A stretch of DNA of 64,000 bases from Ptychomitrium polyphyllum (taxonomy: Eukaryota). Both the position numbers and the translations under genes were made by a program. A model generated the notes under the pieces. It did no database searches, was not told the DNA's origin, and worked only from the letters and a program-made list of their open reading frames with translations. How positions within the stretch are numbered: position 1 is the first letter of the stretch; each line of letters starts with the position of its first letter. Shown here in pieces: positions 11,672-22,703 of the stretch. Where the stretch lies: the NCBI GenBank assembly GCA_973851085.1, contig OZ316775.1:11594001-11658000 (forward strand), read 5' to 3'.

Positions 11672-12180
11672 TGTCACGGACATAGGTCATGCAACATAAT
11701 CCTTAGAACATTGTAGAAACCTTTTAGTATACTATAATAGCTTCTTAGAATACTTTTAGATGTCTCCATAATCTTTCCATGTTCTTAGGAAGTTTCCTAG
11801 GAAAGTTCCCCTATTTTAAAAAACTTCCTAGGAAGGTTCTGCTACCTTAGGAAACTTCCAAGGAAGGTTTCAACTCCTTGGAAGACTCTTAGGAAGGTTC
11901 CAACATCTTAGGAAACTTCTTGGAAGGTTCCCTAGACTTCTAGAATATTCTTAAGCCTTGTAGAAAGCTTCTTTAGAAGTATCCTAGGAAATATAAACGT
12001 TATAGTATAAATAGGAAGCAAGACAAGGTATTCCTTAGTCTTACCAATACAAGTTGTGGATCATCTTGAATCCTGTCTTGTTCTAGTCTTTGTATCAAGT
12101 TCTTGTTAATCATTAGCTCTTTGGAAGCTAATTCTTTGGAAACACTTCGTTTTTGCTTTTTGTTTCTTGTGTCCCTAATA
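11672..12180 (+). mobile_element. Solo LTR (family copy 4)
   Basis: TGTCACGGAC...GTCCCTAATA (CA>TA end). Perfect 5-bp TSD TATTC at 11667-11671 and 12181-12185. TATAAATAGG at 12006-12015 defines the orientation. Confidence 0.92.
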
Positions 12181-13082
12181 TATTCAACATAACTTAGCAT
12201 TTGGAAAAGAAGTGGAATATTGTTTTAGTATTATTCACCATAGTGTTAAATCATCTAGGTAGAAATGTCATGTTTTGTAGAAACTTTTAGGCAATACACT
12301 TAAGTAGAATGTTCATTTGTACAAGAGAAAGTTGAATCTTTGTTTCTTTAATCTAAAATGGAATTGTTGCAATTATAGTATGATCTTGTTTGTGGCTTAT
12401 TAGTTTACTTTTTAATAATTTAAAATTTCAATTTTCGGCAAAAAAGAGAAAAAATAAAATAGAAGAAGGATGTTATATTGCTCTTTTTTAAGAATGAAAA
12501 TAAATTATTCCATTTCTAATAATGTCTTCCTATTCAAAAGTTAACTCATTCTAATGAAGTTGCTTATTCAAGGTTGGAGCATCTAAAGTAAAAATCCCAA
12601 TCACTATTATTAACTTCATTCCAACGTTTACAAAATCCTGAATAATAAGTATAAACTAGGTTATTGCATGGGAAACATAAGATATCTCTGCATTCTCTAA
12701 TGTCCATCAACTCCTCTGAGTATTTCTTTCTGATGGTTTTCACTAAATAAAGTCAAAGAATGCAGAGAAACCAGAAACTTCCGCATTTTCATGCGTTTAT
12801 AGTAACACTAACTTCACCATGTGTAGATATACTTGAATGCTTCAAATGGTGATTATGGGTGTTTCGAAATGAAGGAGTCTAGCCATGATTCACGCTGAAG
12901 CTGAATTAAGCAGAATTGTATGGTGAGCATAATCCCCTAACTTAATTTACAAACTCAGCTTCACAGAGAAGGAGTCAAGCCAAGATTCAAGTAATATCCA
13001 TGCCGAGGTGGCGCTCTCCCAAGAGCCCTGATCCAGGCGCCTATTCCTGTCACCCCTTGCTGCTGCCACCTCCTCACACGCC

Positions 13083-13535
13083 CACGTGTGCCCCGGCCCC
13101 TCGGAGTGGCATGCTCAATGTCTTCCAAAACCACCGCTGCACTTGAAACAAGCAGTGTCTAGCACTCTCATAGACTTTGATTTTTGAAATCTAGGAAATG
13201 TAACTAGTGAACTGCCGCTTCTATGGGTATGCTTCCCATACTGTAGATTAGCCTACAAATGGATCATTCACTCCACTCCCCTTTCATTCGTCAATTGCAC
13301 ACTGCTACTTTTGTTTCCTCATACAGATCGATCGATTGAATGATGAACGGATCGTTTTGATTGTGTAACCTCATTTTACTGGCTCTATTGTGCTGCTTGA
13401 TCGAGGTGATCTACTACTTGAGCTCGGTTTCTTGAGATCATGTGTAAGATAATATACACATTGAGATCACGTTAATTCTTTGTACTCCCATTGTTTCGAT
13501 CGTTTCACGATTGATGTGTGAGAGCAGTGACGTGT
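13083..13535 (+). promoter_or_regulatory. Candidate ABRE/G-box motifs upstream of the Em/LEA gene
   Basis: CACGTG at 13083-13088 and ACGTGT at 13530-13535. Em genes are classic ABA/ABRE targets. The motifs are short, so support is contextual only. Confidence 0.4.
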
Positions 13536-13735
13536 AGCCCTTGTACTTTCAGTCATGACCTGTCGGAGGAATGGTGTCGTGATTGAAAGAGTGGCAAAGA
13601 TTCTTACTATGTGATGATCGTTTGTCAACTGGGTCCTTATTTGAATGACCGTGGCATGTTGCAGTGCGAGTGGCATACAAGGAGATTGTGCGAAGAAAAC
13701 CTTCATTTGTGTACACGGGATTTTCGAGAGTGAGC

Positions 13736-14597
13736 ATGGCAACGAGGGCGGAGTTGGATCGGAGGGCGCGTGAAGGCGAAGTTGTTGTGCCGGGTGGAAC
13801 GGGCGGACATACCTTGGAAGCACAGGAGCATCTTGCTGAAGGTATAATGATCGTTTTTAGTCGTATGATGCTTTGATCTCTAACTCTTTCCTGACACGAG
13901 AGATTGATATGCTGCCATCCTTGACATGCGGTTTTTAATGCTAGATAAACTTTTATATCAGATCAAACAAAAGGTCAACGCCAAAAAAATTCTTAAACAT
14001 TTAAGCACATGCTAACAGGTCGCCATAAGGGAGGTGAAACAAGGGCTCATCAGCTGGGCCATGAAGGGTTCGTGGAAATGGGAAAGAAAGGGGGTTTGGC
14101 TAGCCATGGCGCTGATCCATATCAAGCTGCTGCAAAGCACGGCGTTCACATTGATGAGCACAAGTTTATGAATGAGATCTCGATTGAGGAGTTGGACAGG
14201 AGAGCCCGCGAGGGAGAAGTTCTTGTGCCGGGTGGAACTGGTGGATACAGCTTGGAAGCTCAGAAGCACCTTGCTGAAGGTCATCACAAAACTTTCTGCT
14301 GCAAACTTCGTGCTTCCTTTTTGAAATTTAATTTTCCGATGCTCTTTTAACTTTTTGCTGATTAGTGTGAAACCAGAACTTACTTCTGTTCCAGTTTTTG
14401 TACCAGCCAGGTCATTCTAGCTTTCACTACGGTCATCCAAATACCGTAATGAAACGGAAGTTTAGATTTGTTGGCATTCTCATCGTGGTGTGTGTACACT
14501 TTCAAAAACAGGTCGCCACAAGGGAGGTGTGACCAGGGCACATCAGCTTGGCCATGAAGGTTATGTCGAAATAGGAAGGAAGGGAGGACAAGCATAA
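13736..14597 (+). CDS. Group 1 LEA (Em-like, LEA_5) protein with two tandem Em units
   Basis: Exons 13736-13841, 14019-14279, 14512-14597. The motif [50 protein letters not shown] occurs twice. Confidence 0.88.
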
Positions 14598-16335
14598 ATC
14601 CACTAGCCTCTGAAGGAGACATTCACAACATCGATGATTATGAGTTTATGAACTGAATCTGCTCTCAGTTACAAATTGCAAACCTTGTAAATGTGATCTG
14701 TGTTCCCATGACAAACTTTAGTCCCAATTAACAATACCTAGCGCTTTAGCAAGAGTATGTTGCCACAGATATGTTCCATCTTAGCTGGGTGTTCTTGAAG
14801 AACTGAGTATGTGCCTGACAATACTTGATTATATTGGTTACAGCTACCTTTGAATATATGATATTATCATAGCCTGCCGTATGCTTGTGTTTCAGATTTT
14901 CTTAAGGAATTATGTCAAAAGGACATGGATGTCATTAACTTTGATTTTCTTTTATGTACAATTTCTGGAGGTACTGTACCTCAAATATGTAAACAAGGAA
15001 AGAGTTCCGATTATTTACAAAATATTATTCAACCTTTGCGTATTACTTTATCTTATTCAGGATGCTTTATGGATTTGTTAAAAAGTAAAATTTGTTTATG
15101 AATGTGTTTGATAGGATTTAAACAACATTCTTAATGAGTTCCAAATTTTCTTCCAAATTGAATTCGTAATATTTTAAACAATATTCATCATACTTTATTT
15201 ATTGTAATATGATTGCTGTATTTAAATTCTATAATTTTATAATTAAACTAAGAAAAAGTAACACATGCATTCATTTCTTTAATGACGTTCGGTTAAAGTG
15301 CCATTGCTTATGACAACATAAATAAATAAAAATGCCAAAATGAAATTTTATACAAATGAATTGCTTGTTAAAGGAAGGTATCAAATTGGAGAAATATTTA
15401 CAAAGGCAACAAAAAATTTGAACCCAAACAAATGCATGAGTTGGAGAGCCAAAAGTGAAAATAATTGATTATAGAAAAAGCCAACATACAATTTTTTTGT
15501 AAATTATACATTTGAAAACCAAAAAAATGTTGAAATTCCTATAATTTCTAGATCATAATGTGATACGTTGTTAAAGTTGTTGCAACTTTAAAAAAAAAGG
15601 CATATTATTTATAGAAGGTTAATTATACCTTACAATTCACAAGGCCCACCATTGGTATATTATTATATTCTAAATTGTCTTATAACAAATAATACACTAT
15701 ATAAATTTAAGTAATTAAAAGACAATCTTACATTCTTACTTTGGATTAGTGTGATTTCATGTTTGAGAATACTGTTCACGTTGTTAAACTTATACATACG
15801 CTACAGGGAAAGAGTTTCACTCTAAATAGGATGCTAGAGCCATACATGAACAAACAATAGACCCCCACTAGTTAACATTGCAGTGTAGCACTCGCTTGAA
15901 TGTACATGCATGCCCCTAACGAAAGGGAACAGCACCACGCTCCAGAAGGTTTCATTGGAAGGGAACTCTCAAGAAGGTGCATAGCACCTCGCAGCCACAA
16001 AACAGCATCTAATTTTGCATGCCAACGAAAGGGCTTAACTTACACTATCCCTTTGAATAGTGTTGCCATGGCCACTGCGACGCCCCATTCCTACTCTGTC
16101 AACCACTACGCATGAAAAAGCGAAAGGTGGAAAAAAACTGCAGCATCGTGTGGACATAAGAGCACGCTTTCCACCCATCGCTCGAGACGCAGGTCTATCC
16201 TCAGATTTCTTTCATAAGCGCTCTGGGAATTTGCCAGACCCTCATAGCAGTGCATTAGCAGTCTTCGATTTCTCGGCTTGCTCCGCGACCACAGCTTTCG
16301 TCTGAGAGAGCGCCTAGAGTTGTTGGTTGTGAACA

Positions 16336-16884
16336 ATGGCGTCCGTTGTCGCCGCCTGCAGTGTGGTGGCCCCTGCTGCCTTCGCTGCAGCTTCATCTGC
16401 CGTGTCGACCTCGGACTCGAGCTCCGTGAGGGCCTTCTCCGGCCTCAAGGGCGCCACCCTGTTCGCCGCCAAGGGGCGGAGCTTGAGCTCGGTGCAGAAT
16501 GGCAGCCGCGTGCAGTGTATGCAGGTGTGGAACCCCATCGCCAAGACCAAGTTCGAGACCTTCTCGTACCTGCCCGCCCTGACGGACGACCAGATCGCCA
16601 AGCAGGTGGACTACATGATCCAGCAGAAGCTCATCCCGTGCCTGGAGTTCGACGTGAACGCGCAGGGGGTGTCGCGCGAGAACAACCAGAGCCCCGGGTA
16701 CTACGACGGGCGGTACTGGACGATGTGGAAGCTGCCGATGTTCGGGTGCAACGACCCCGCCCAGGTGCTGCGCGAGATCGAGGAGTGCAAGAAGGAGTAC
16801 CCAAGCTGCTTCGTGCGCGTGCTGGGCTTCGACAACGTGAAGCAGGTGCAGATCTGCGGGTTCTTGGTCGCCAGGCCCACTTAA
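16336..16884 (+). CDS. rbcS: Rubisco small subunit precursor (intronless), copy 1
   Basis: Transit peptide ending [52 protein letters not shown]. Confidence 0.98.
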   Translation: MASVVAACSVVAPAAFAAASSAVSTSDSSSVRAFSGLKGATLFAAKGRSLSSVQNGSRVQCMQVWNPIAKTKFETFSYLPALTDDQIAKQVDYMIQQKLIPCLEFDVNAQGVSRENNQSPGYYDGRYWTMWKLPMFGCNDPAQVLREIEECKKEYPSCFVRVLGFDNVKQVQICGFLVARPT

Positions 16885-18928
16885 GTAGAATTCGTTTCTT
16901 AAGATTCATTTAGGCAATCAGTTTTTAGAGCTCATTCATGCGATTTTACAGGTTTTGGTACTACTTAGAACATTCTGAGAACTTGTGCTAAGGAGGCTCT
17001 GTGACATATTCGCGTTAATTGACCAGAATGAGATTTCCTGGATTTGTGACTCTTTTGGTGTCGAGGAGTTGAGTATGCTCCCAATTTCTGTTTGTGATCT
17101 CCTATGGTTGTAAAACTGCCCTGTTGGCTACTCTTCCGTGCTTTCCTGCTCAGTGAGACGTTTGTTTTGTTGAGTTGGTCGATGGTCTAATGTCAAGATC
17201 TTGGTTTTGGCTGTCTTTTGTGACGTAGACGCTCACGCATTGAGATTTTGACTGACATTTTTTAAAAGATGTTCTTGCGTATTCCCCGCTTCCCCTGAAC
17301 ACATGATGTACGGCGATCCAGGGCACAGTTCATCATCATAGATACATCAACGATTGAATGTGAACTGAGCTTGAGTTCTGATTTCTCGTTTATAAGAACA
17401 ATTGAATTTTGTACAGTCTTCATGTATTGTCTGAGTGGGTAGGTCTTCTTTGCAGCTTACTGTTTGTTGCAATGCGTCCTGAAATTTTAAGTTTTTGGAA
17501 TTAATAGCATCATCGCCATCGTGCCTCAAACGTGCAAAACTTACACATGAGTGACCAACAAACGAACAATGACTTTTATTTCAATGTTGGAACATCTTGC
17601 TCTTGATTAATTTGGAAGACGAAACCTTAATTGAAATATCTAAGCAGAGCTTGAGGTGTACGGTTTCAATTTTCGGTAACTTACATCGATTTTCTGCTCT
17701 ATCACATTTGAGAGCACAATGTAACACAATGCAACCACCCTGTGTGAATTCCCTTTCCCTGTGAGTCTTCGTTTTCGCTGTGATCCTCAGTTCTTCACCT
17801 ACTTAGGCGAACACCTTCTTAAAGATGGAAAATTTCAACGATTCTCAAGTTCTGAGGCTTGGTGCGAAAAGTCAGACTCGTTACTGGGAATTATCGCAGG
17901 GAATCTATCGGAAGTTTCCTGAGAATGCAGCTGCAGAACGCATTATCATTCAGCACAGGATAGAATTTGGACGGGGTCCTTTATCAAGTACCAATCACAC
18001 CAGAAGCGCAAAGAGTAAAGCAGAAGCCTGTCTGACAACAGCAACAAGTCCTTAGCCAATCCAATGGGGCTTCACAACAGCACTTTGCACTTCGATTAAA
18101 CCCTCTTTTTGCTTTCCGGCTTTGTTGACATCTCAATTTAGACTCCCAGGATAAAACTCGATCACAAAGTTGAATGGATAATGCTCGAAGGCTCTCGGTG
18201 CTAGAAAGCCCACGGTCCTTGACCTTGCGCATTGAAAAGAATCAAACCCAGTCGCAAACGACACAGCTGAATCGATTGCAAGCAACATGAAGCTTGGTGC
18301 AAGTTTCCCGTGGGATAAGATAGGTCGTCGGGCAGCAGAAGCAGGGGCCTACTCTGGATTAACAACATGAAACCCTAAACTGCAAAACGGAGGGGGCAAG
18401 GACCATTGAAGCATTCGATCGTAGGACGGTATTTCGAAGAAATGTAGCCATTCATTCACTTGACTATTCGTAGCCATAATCGCGTGCACAAAGAATTCTC
18501 CTCCAACCACGACAACAATCGAATTCGACATAGCATTGGACAGCTCCCTTCATCCAATCCCACTAGCTTCCGCTTCTGCGGGTGGAGCACATCCGCTTGC
18601 TGACGACACTTGCTAGAAAACTGTGGTGCCTCGATACTCTTCCATTTCTTCTATTCACCACTATCGCAGCATAGATTCCGCGGCCTTTCCCGACTTTTGG
18701 CTCGGTGATAATTAATTGATTTGATTATGAACTAGAATCTTGATGACAATTAAAGATTAGGTGATGCTCGAAATTTGTGGACTCAATTCGACTGGACCTC
18801 TCCTTATCTCATTTCCAATCTCTCTGACGTTCCTCATAAAAGCTGACAATATCCTCACTAGGTTTCATTCCAGCGTCTCCACCTTCTCTCTGTGCAGGTG
18901 CCTACAGCATTTCGCAAAACTTTGAGTT

Positions 18929-19480
18929 ATGGCGTCCATTGTCGCTGCCTGCAGTGTGGTGGCCCCTGCTGCCTTCGCTGCAGCTTCATCTGCCGTGTCG
19001 ACCTCGGACTCGAGCTCCGTGAGGGCCTTCTCCGGCCTCAAGGGCGCCACCCTGTTCGCCGCCAAGGGGCGGAGCTTGAGCTCGGTGCAGAATGGCAGCC
19101 GCGTGCAGTGCATGCAGGTGTGGAACCCCATCGCCAAGACCAAGTTCGAGACCTTCTCGTACCTGCCCGCCCTGACGGACGACCAGATCGCCAAGCAGGT
19201 GGACTACATGATCCAGCAGAAGCTCATCCCGTGCCTGGAGTTCGACGTGAACGCGCAGGGGGTGTCGCGCGAGAACAACCAGAGCCCCGGGTACTACGAC
19301 GGGCGGTACTGGACGATGTGGAAGCTGCCGATGTTCGGGTGCAACGACCCCGCCCAGGTGCTGCGCGAGATCGAGGAGTGCAAGAAGGAGTACCCAAGCT
19401 GCTTCGTGCGCGTGCTGGGCTTCGACAACGTGAAGCAGGTGCAGATCTGCGGGTTCTTGGTCGCCGGCCCAACTAAGTGA
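18929..19480 (+). CDS. rbcS: Rubisco small subunit precursor (intronless), copy 2
   Basis: Near-identical to copy 1 with C-terminus AGPTK. Reverse I-box-like CCTTATC near 18803. Possible 5'UTR acceptor TGTGCAG ending at 18898. Confidence 0.97.
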   Translation: MASIVAACSVVAPAAFAAASSAVSTSDSSSVRAFSGLKGATLFAAKGRSLSSVQNGSRVQCMQVWNPIAKTKFETFSYLPALTDDQIAKQVDYMIQQKLIPCLEFDVNAQGVSRENNQSPGYYDGRYWTMWKLPMFGCNDPAQVLREIEECKKEYPSCFVRVLGFDNVKQVQICGFLVAGPTK

Positions 19481-20827
19481 TTTAGTTGAGTGTGACTTTG
19501 GACTGCCGTTAGTGAATTATTTATGTTTTTCGATGTAAGTTTGGCAAACGTTAGCCCCTGTATTATAGCCAACCTTGAACTGAAATTGAAATCTTTTTGT
19601 TCTACACGATTGTCTGGATGTCAATTTCTTGAACTTCGTGATGGTGGATGGTTTGTAGTGCATTGCGTCAGTGCCCTCAATCTGCTTGGATGGCAGAGGT
19701 CTGCGCTTCAACTCTGGATTTCCCCTTGACTCGATTGCATTTCCATCGTATCTTCGAATGAGTTGCGGTAATTGTGCTGTTGGAATTGTTCATTAAACCT
19801 AGGGATTATCTAACAGGCAGCTTTAGGAGTCGAGAGGTTCTAGGTGTCGTGTTTCTGATGTTTTCTTCAGGGCGAATGAGTTTCTTTTGCAAAAGAAAAA
19901 CCGTGTAATTACGCTCGCTTAAGGATTTCATTCTACTCAAAGATAATTATTTTAGTATAAAAATAAGTGAGACACAGTGCGAGTTCTTAATCACTGCACA
20001 GCCGCGTACCAGATGATCACTGGAAATAGGCACCGGTCGTTCTTTCAAAGTACCGCCAGACATTTCAGTCGGAGATTTTTTTGGAACATGTTTCAGACTT
20101 CGACAGAATTGACCGTATCATTTTGGGGATAATTGTGTTTAGAATCTGCTAGAAACCTGGTTATTGTAGCAGTAGAGTCCACTTTGACCGAAAATTAGGC
20201 TTGTTTGTAAAATGCAGAACTGCTCTGGTTGGATCTTGCCCAAGCCTGACCTGGCCCTACTACTACATTGGGATTTGCGTCCGTGTACAGACATTGTGAA
20301 ATTCTGCGATTGGGGAATTCAAGGTCTATGTACCCTCTTGCTCTCCTCCTCTTCTCCTTCAATCTGCTGGCTGAAGGCGAATTCCTATTTCAAGGTGAAG
20401 CATGGATTGTTGGGGGACAACACACGTTCCGTGGTCTTTCTCCATCTGGCAGGGGTGGTGTCGTGAGCTCATTGAGGACAGATAGGGAGTGAGTCTCTGT
20501 TGAAATAGGAATTCTTCTGGAAAACTCTTGGATTCTCTTTTCGTCCCCTTTGAGACATTCTCCTAGGAGTGCGCCCAAGATTGTTGCCGTACGCCATGCT
20601 TCTCCTTCCTGCAGCTGCAGACGCTTTGGTTTCATGTCAGAAATTTGGGTCACTCTCTGATAGGTATATCTTAAAACCTTTCTCTTGAGAGCACGTCAAA
20701 GATTCCTCGTCTCTGTGTCCAATTTGGTGTACAATACTGCCGCATGTATGTTAAGCCTACCTTGCCGACTTACTCTTTGATATGTGAGTGCAGCGACTTA
20801 AAGCGGAGTTCTCTATCTGCACATGGA

Positions 20828-21979
20828 ATGGATGACATAGTCAAGGTAGACGGAGCCATTGTTAGGGGAGGCGGGCAAGTACTTCGAAGCTCGGCAGCCT
20901 ATGCAGCAATTCTTGGCAAGTCTGTACAGTTCGTCAACATCAGAGCCAGCAGACGCAGGCCAGGTTTGCGACCGCAATATATTGAAGGGTTAGAGGTCGT
21001 TGCGAGATTGTCCAAGTGCACACTCGTGAACGCCTGTGAAGGTTCGCAAGAGGTATCCTTCATTACAGAAGAGTTAGCGACACGTGACTCCTCGATTTCA
21101 TTAGATCCATCACTTACCAACACAAATTCGTCAAGATACGAAATTCTTACAAAGAATGCAGCGACCTCGCTCTTGTTACAAGCGTCATTGCCCGTGCTCT
21201 TGTTCTCTCCCCATGTGACGGATCTGGTGCTCTTAGGTGGAGCTAGTATGCCGATATCGCCATCTATTGACTACATGAAATTCGTTCTTGTTCCACTTCC
21301 GGACAGGCATTTCAACGTGACAGTCGATGTTGACATAGTGCGGCGTGATTGCATGCCGACTGGAGAAGCGCTTATTAACATCACGACATACCCAACTGAA
21401 TCATTACCGCCAATTTCTATGCGTGACAGAGGTAGCGTTGTTCGAGTTTCCTCGATACTTTATGGCTATGGCAGGGCGGATCAACAGTTCGTAGAGGCAG
21501 CGAAGATGGCCTTGCATGAAACCTTAAGAGAGAACGGAATTGACATGGATGTGAGGTTCTCAACTGACCTGCAAGGATCTGAAACTGATCACCCGTTGGT
21601 CTGTCGAGCTTTGGTTTACGCAGAAACTTCCACGGGATGCATACTCGGTGGTGGCTCGACAATACCGAGGGATCGCAGTCAGAACATTCTGTCTACCCCG
21701 AAGGAATTGATGTCTTCTGCAGTGCTTGATTTGGTGAAGCAGTTGGCACATGGGGGTTGCTCTGATGAGTATCTTCAAGATCAGCTTGTCATCTTCATGG
21801 CTCTCGCTGATGGAGTTTCCGAAATCGTTACCGGACCGATCACTGAGCACACAGAATGTGCACTTAAGATTGCGAAAAGCATGACAGATGCGAAATTCTT
21901 TGTTACTCCAGTTGCAGATAGTGACAAATTTGAAATAAGGTGTGAAGGAATCGGTCACTTGTCATGGTCACGCCAATAG
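20828..21979 (+). CDS. RTCA: RNA 3'-terminal phosphate cyclase, class I RtcA-like, intronless (383 aa)
   Basis: VDG...GGGQVLRS, NIRASRRRPGLRPQ, LLLQASLPVLLF, PSIDY, DEYLQDQLVIFMALADGVS, and TGPITEHT (His nucleophile position retained). The ORF is open from 20744; Met 20828 matches the typical N-terminus. Confidence 0.88.
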   Translation: MDDIVKVDGAIVRGGGQVLRSSAAYAAILGKSVQFVNIRASRRRPGLRPQYIEGLEVVARLSKCTLVNACEGSQEVSFITEELATRDSSISLDPSLTNTNSSRYEILTKNAATSLLLQASLPVLLFSPHVTDLVLLGGASMPISPSIDYMKFVLVPLPDRHFNVTVDVDIVRRDCMPTGEALINITTYPTESLPPISMRDRGSVVRVSSILYGYGRADQQFVEAAKMALHETLRENGIDMDVRFSTDLQGSETDHPLVCRALVYAETSTGCILGGGSTIPRDRSQNILSTPKELMSSAVLDLVKQLAHGGCSDEYLQDQLVIFMALADGVSEIVTGPITEHTECALKIAKSMTDAKFFVTPVADSDKFEIRCEGIGHLSWSRQ

Positions 21980-22703
21980 CCGTTACATAGCTCGGCGTTT
22001 CTGACATGTGCTCGACACCAAACGCAAGACGTCGCCGATATGTTCAAGCACGAGAACGCAACTTAGTCCATCGACTCAATAAGCTCATGAGTTTCATCAT
22101 GAATTTTGATTAGGTAGAGAATCATTACTGTTGCAAGTTTAGGACACTCTCGCCTCATATGTAGGACATACGATTAGATTGCGAACTTCCTGTCTAACTT
22201 CTCCTTGTTGATGTAAATTGGTGACTAAACCAAAGTAATGAACAAACACAAGGAATCAAGCAAGAAACGAAAACACCAATTTCAGAGCTGTGCTGACTTT
22301 GGACAAGCACCTTGAGCAATGGTTCGGAACTTAGCAGTGTTAAACATGACATCGTTGGAACTCAGTGAGCAGAACATGATGCCCCACGCCCAAAACATGC
22401 TTCTATAAAGAAATATTATACACTTTAGCAGTAGATAACAAGGCTTAGTGCGGACCAATCGATTAATGCTGTCTGTAATACTGTATATATACATGTATCA
22501 CTACATATGCATATAAACATACATCTTTATAATCAGTCTACCAGGCTGTGAGTAGTGAGACCTACTACTCAAGTTGTGCAACCTTACACTCAAATTTCCT
22601 TCTTGCACGCCATCATCCCACAGTGGTAGACGGCACATAAAGCTACGTTTACCTCACATTACCAAGCTACCGTTTCAACTTCAGGGAATGAGTCTATATT
22701 TGC

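Noticed and set aside
16278..16913. Long overlapping and antisense ORFs over both rbcS genes and NAGK
   Set aside because: Shadow ORFs caused by high GC3.
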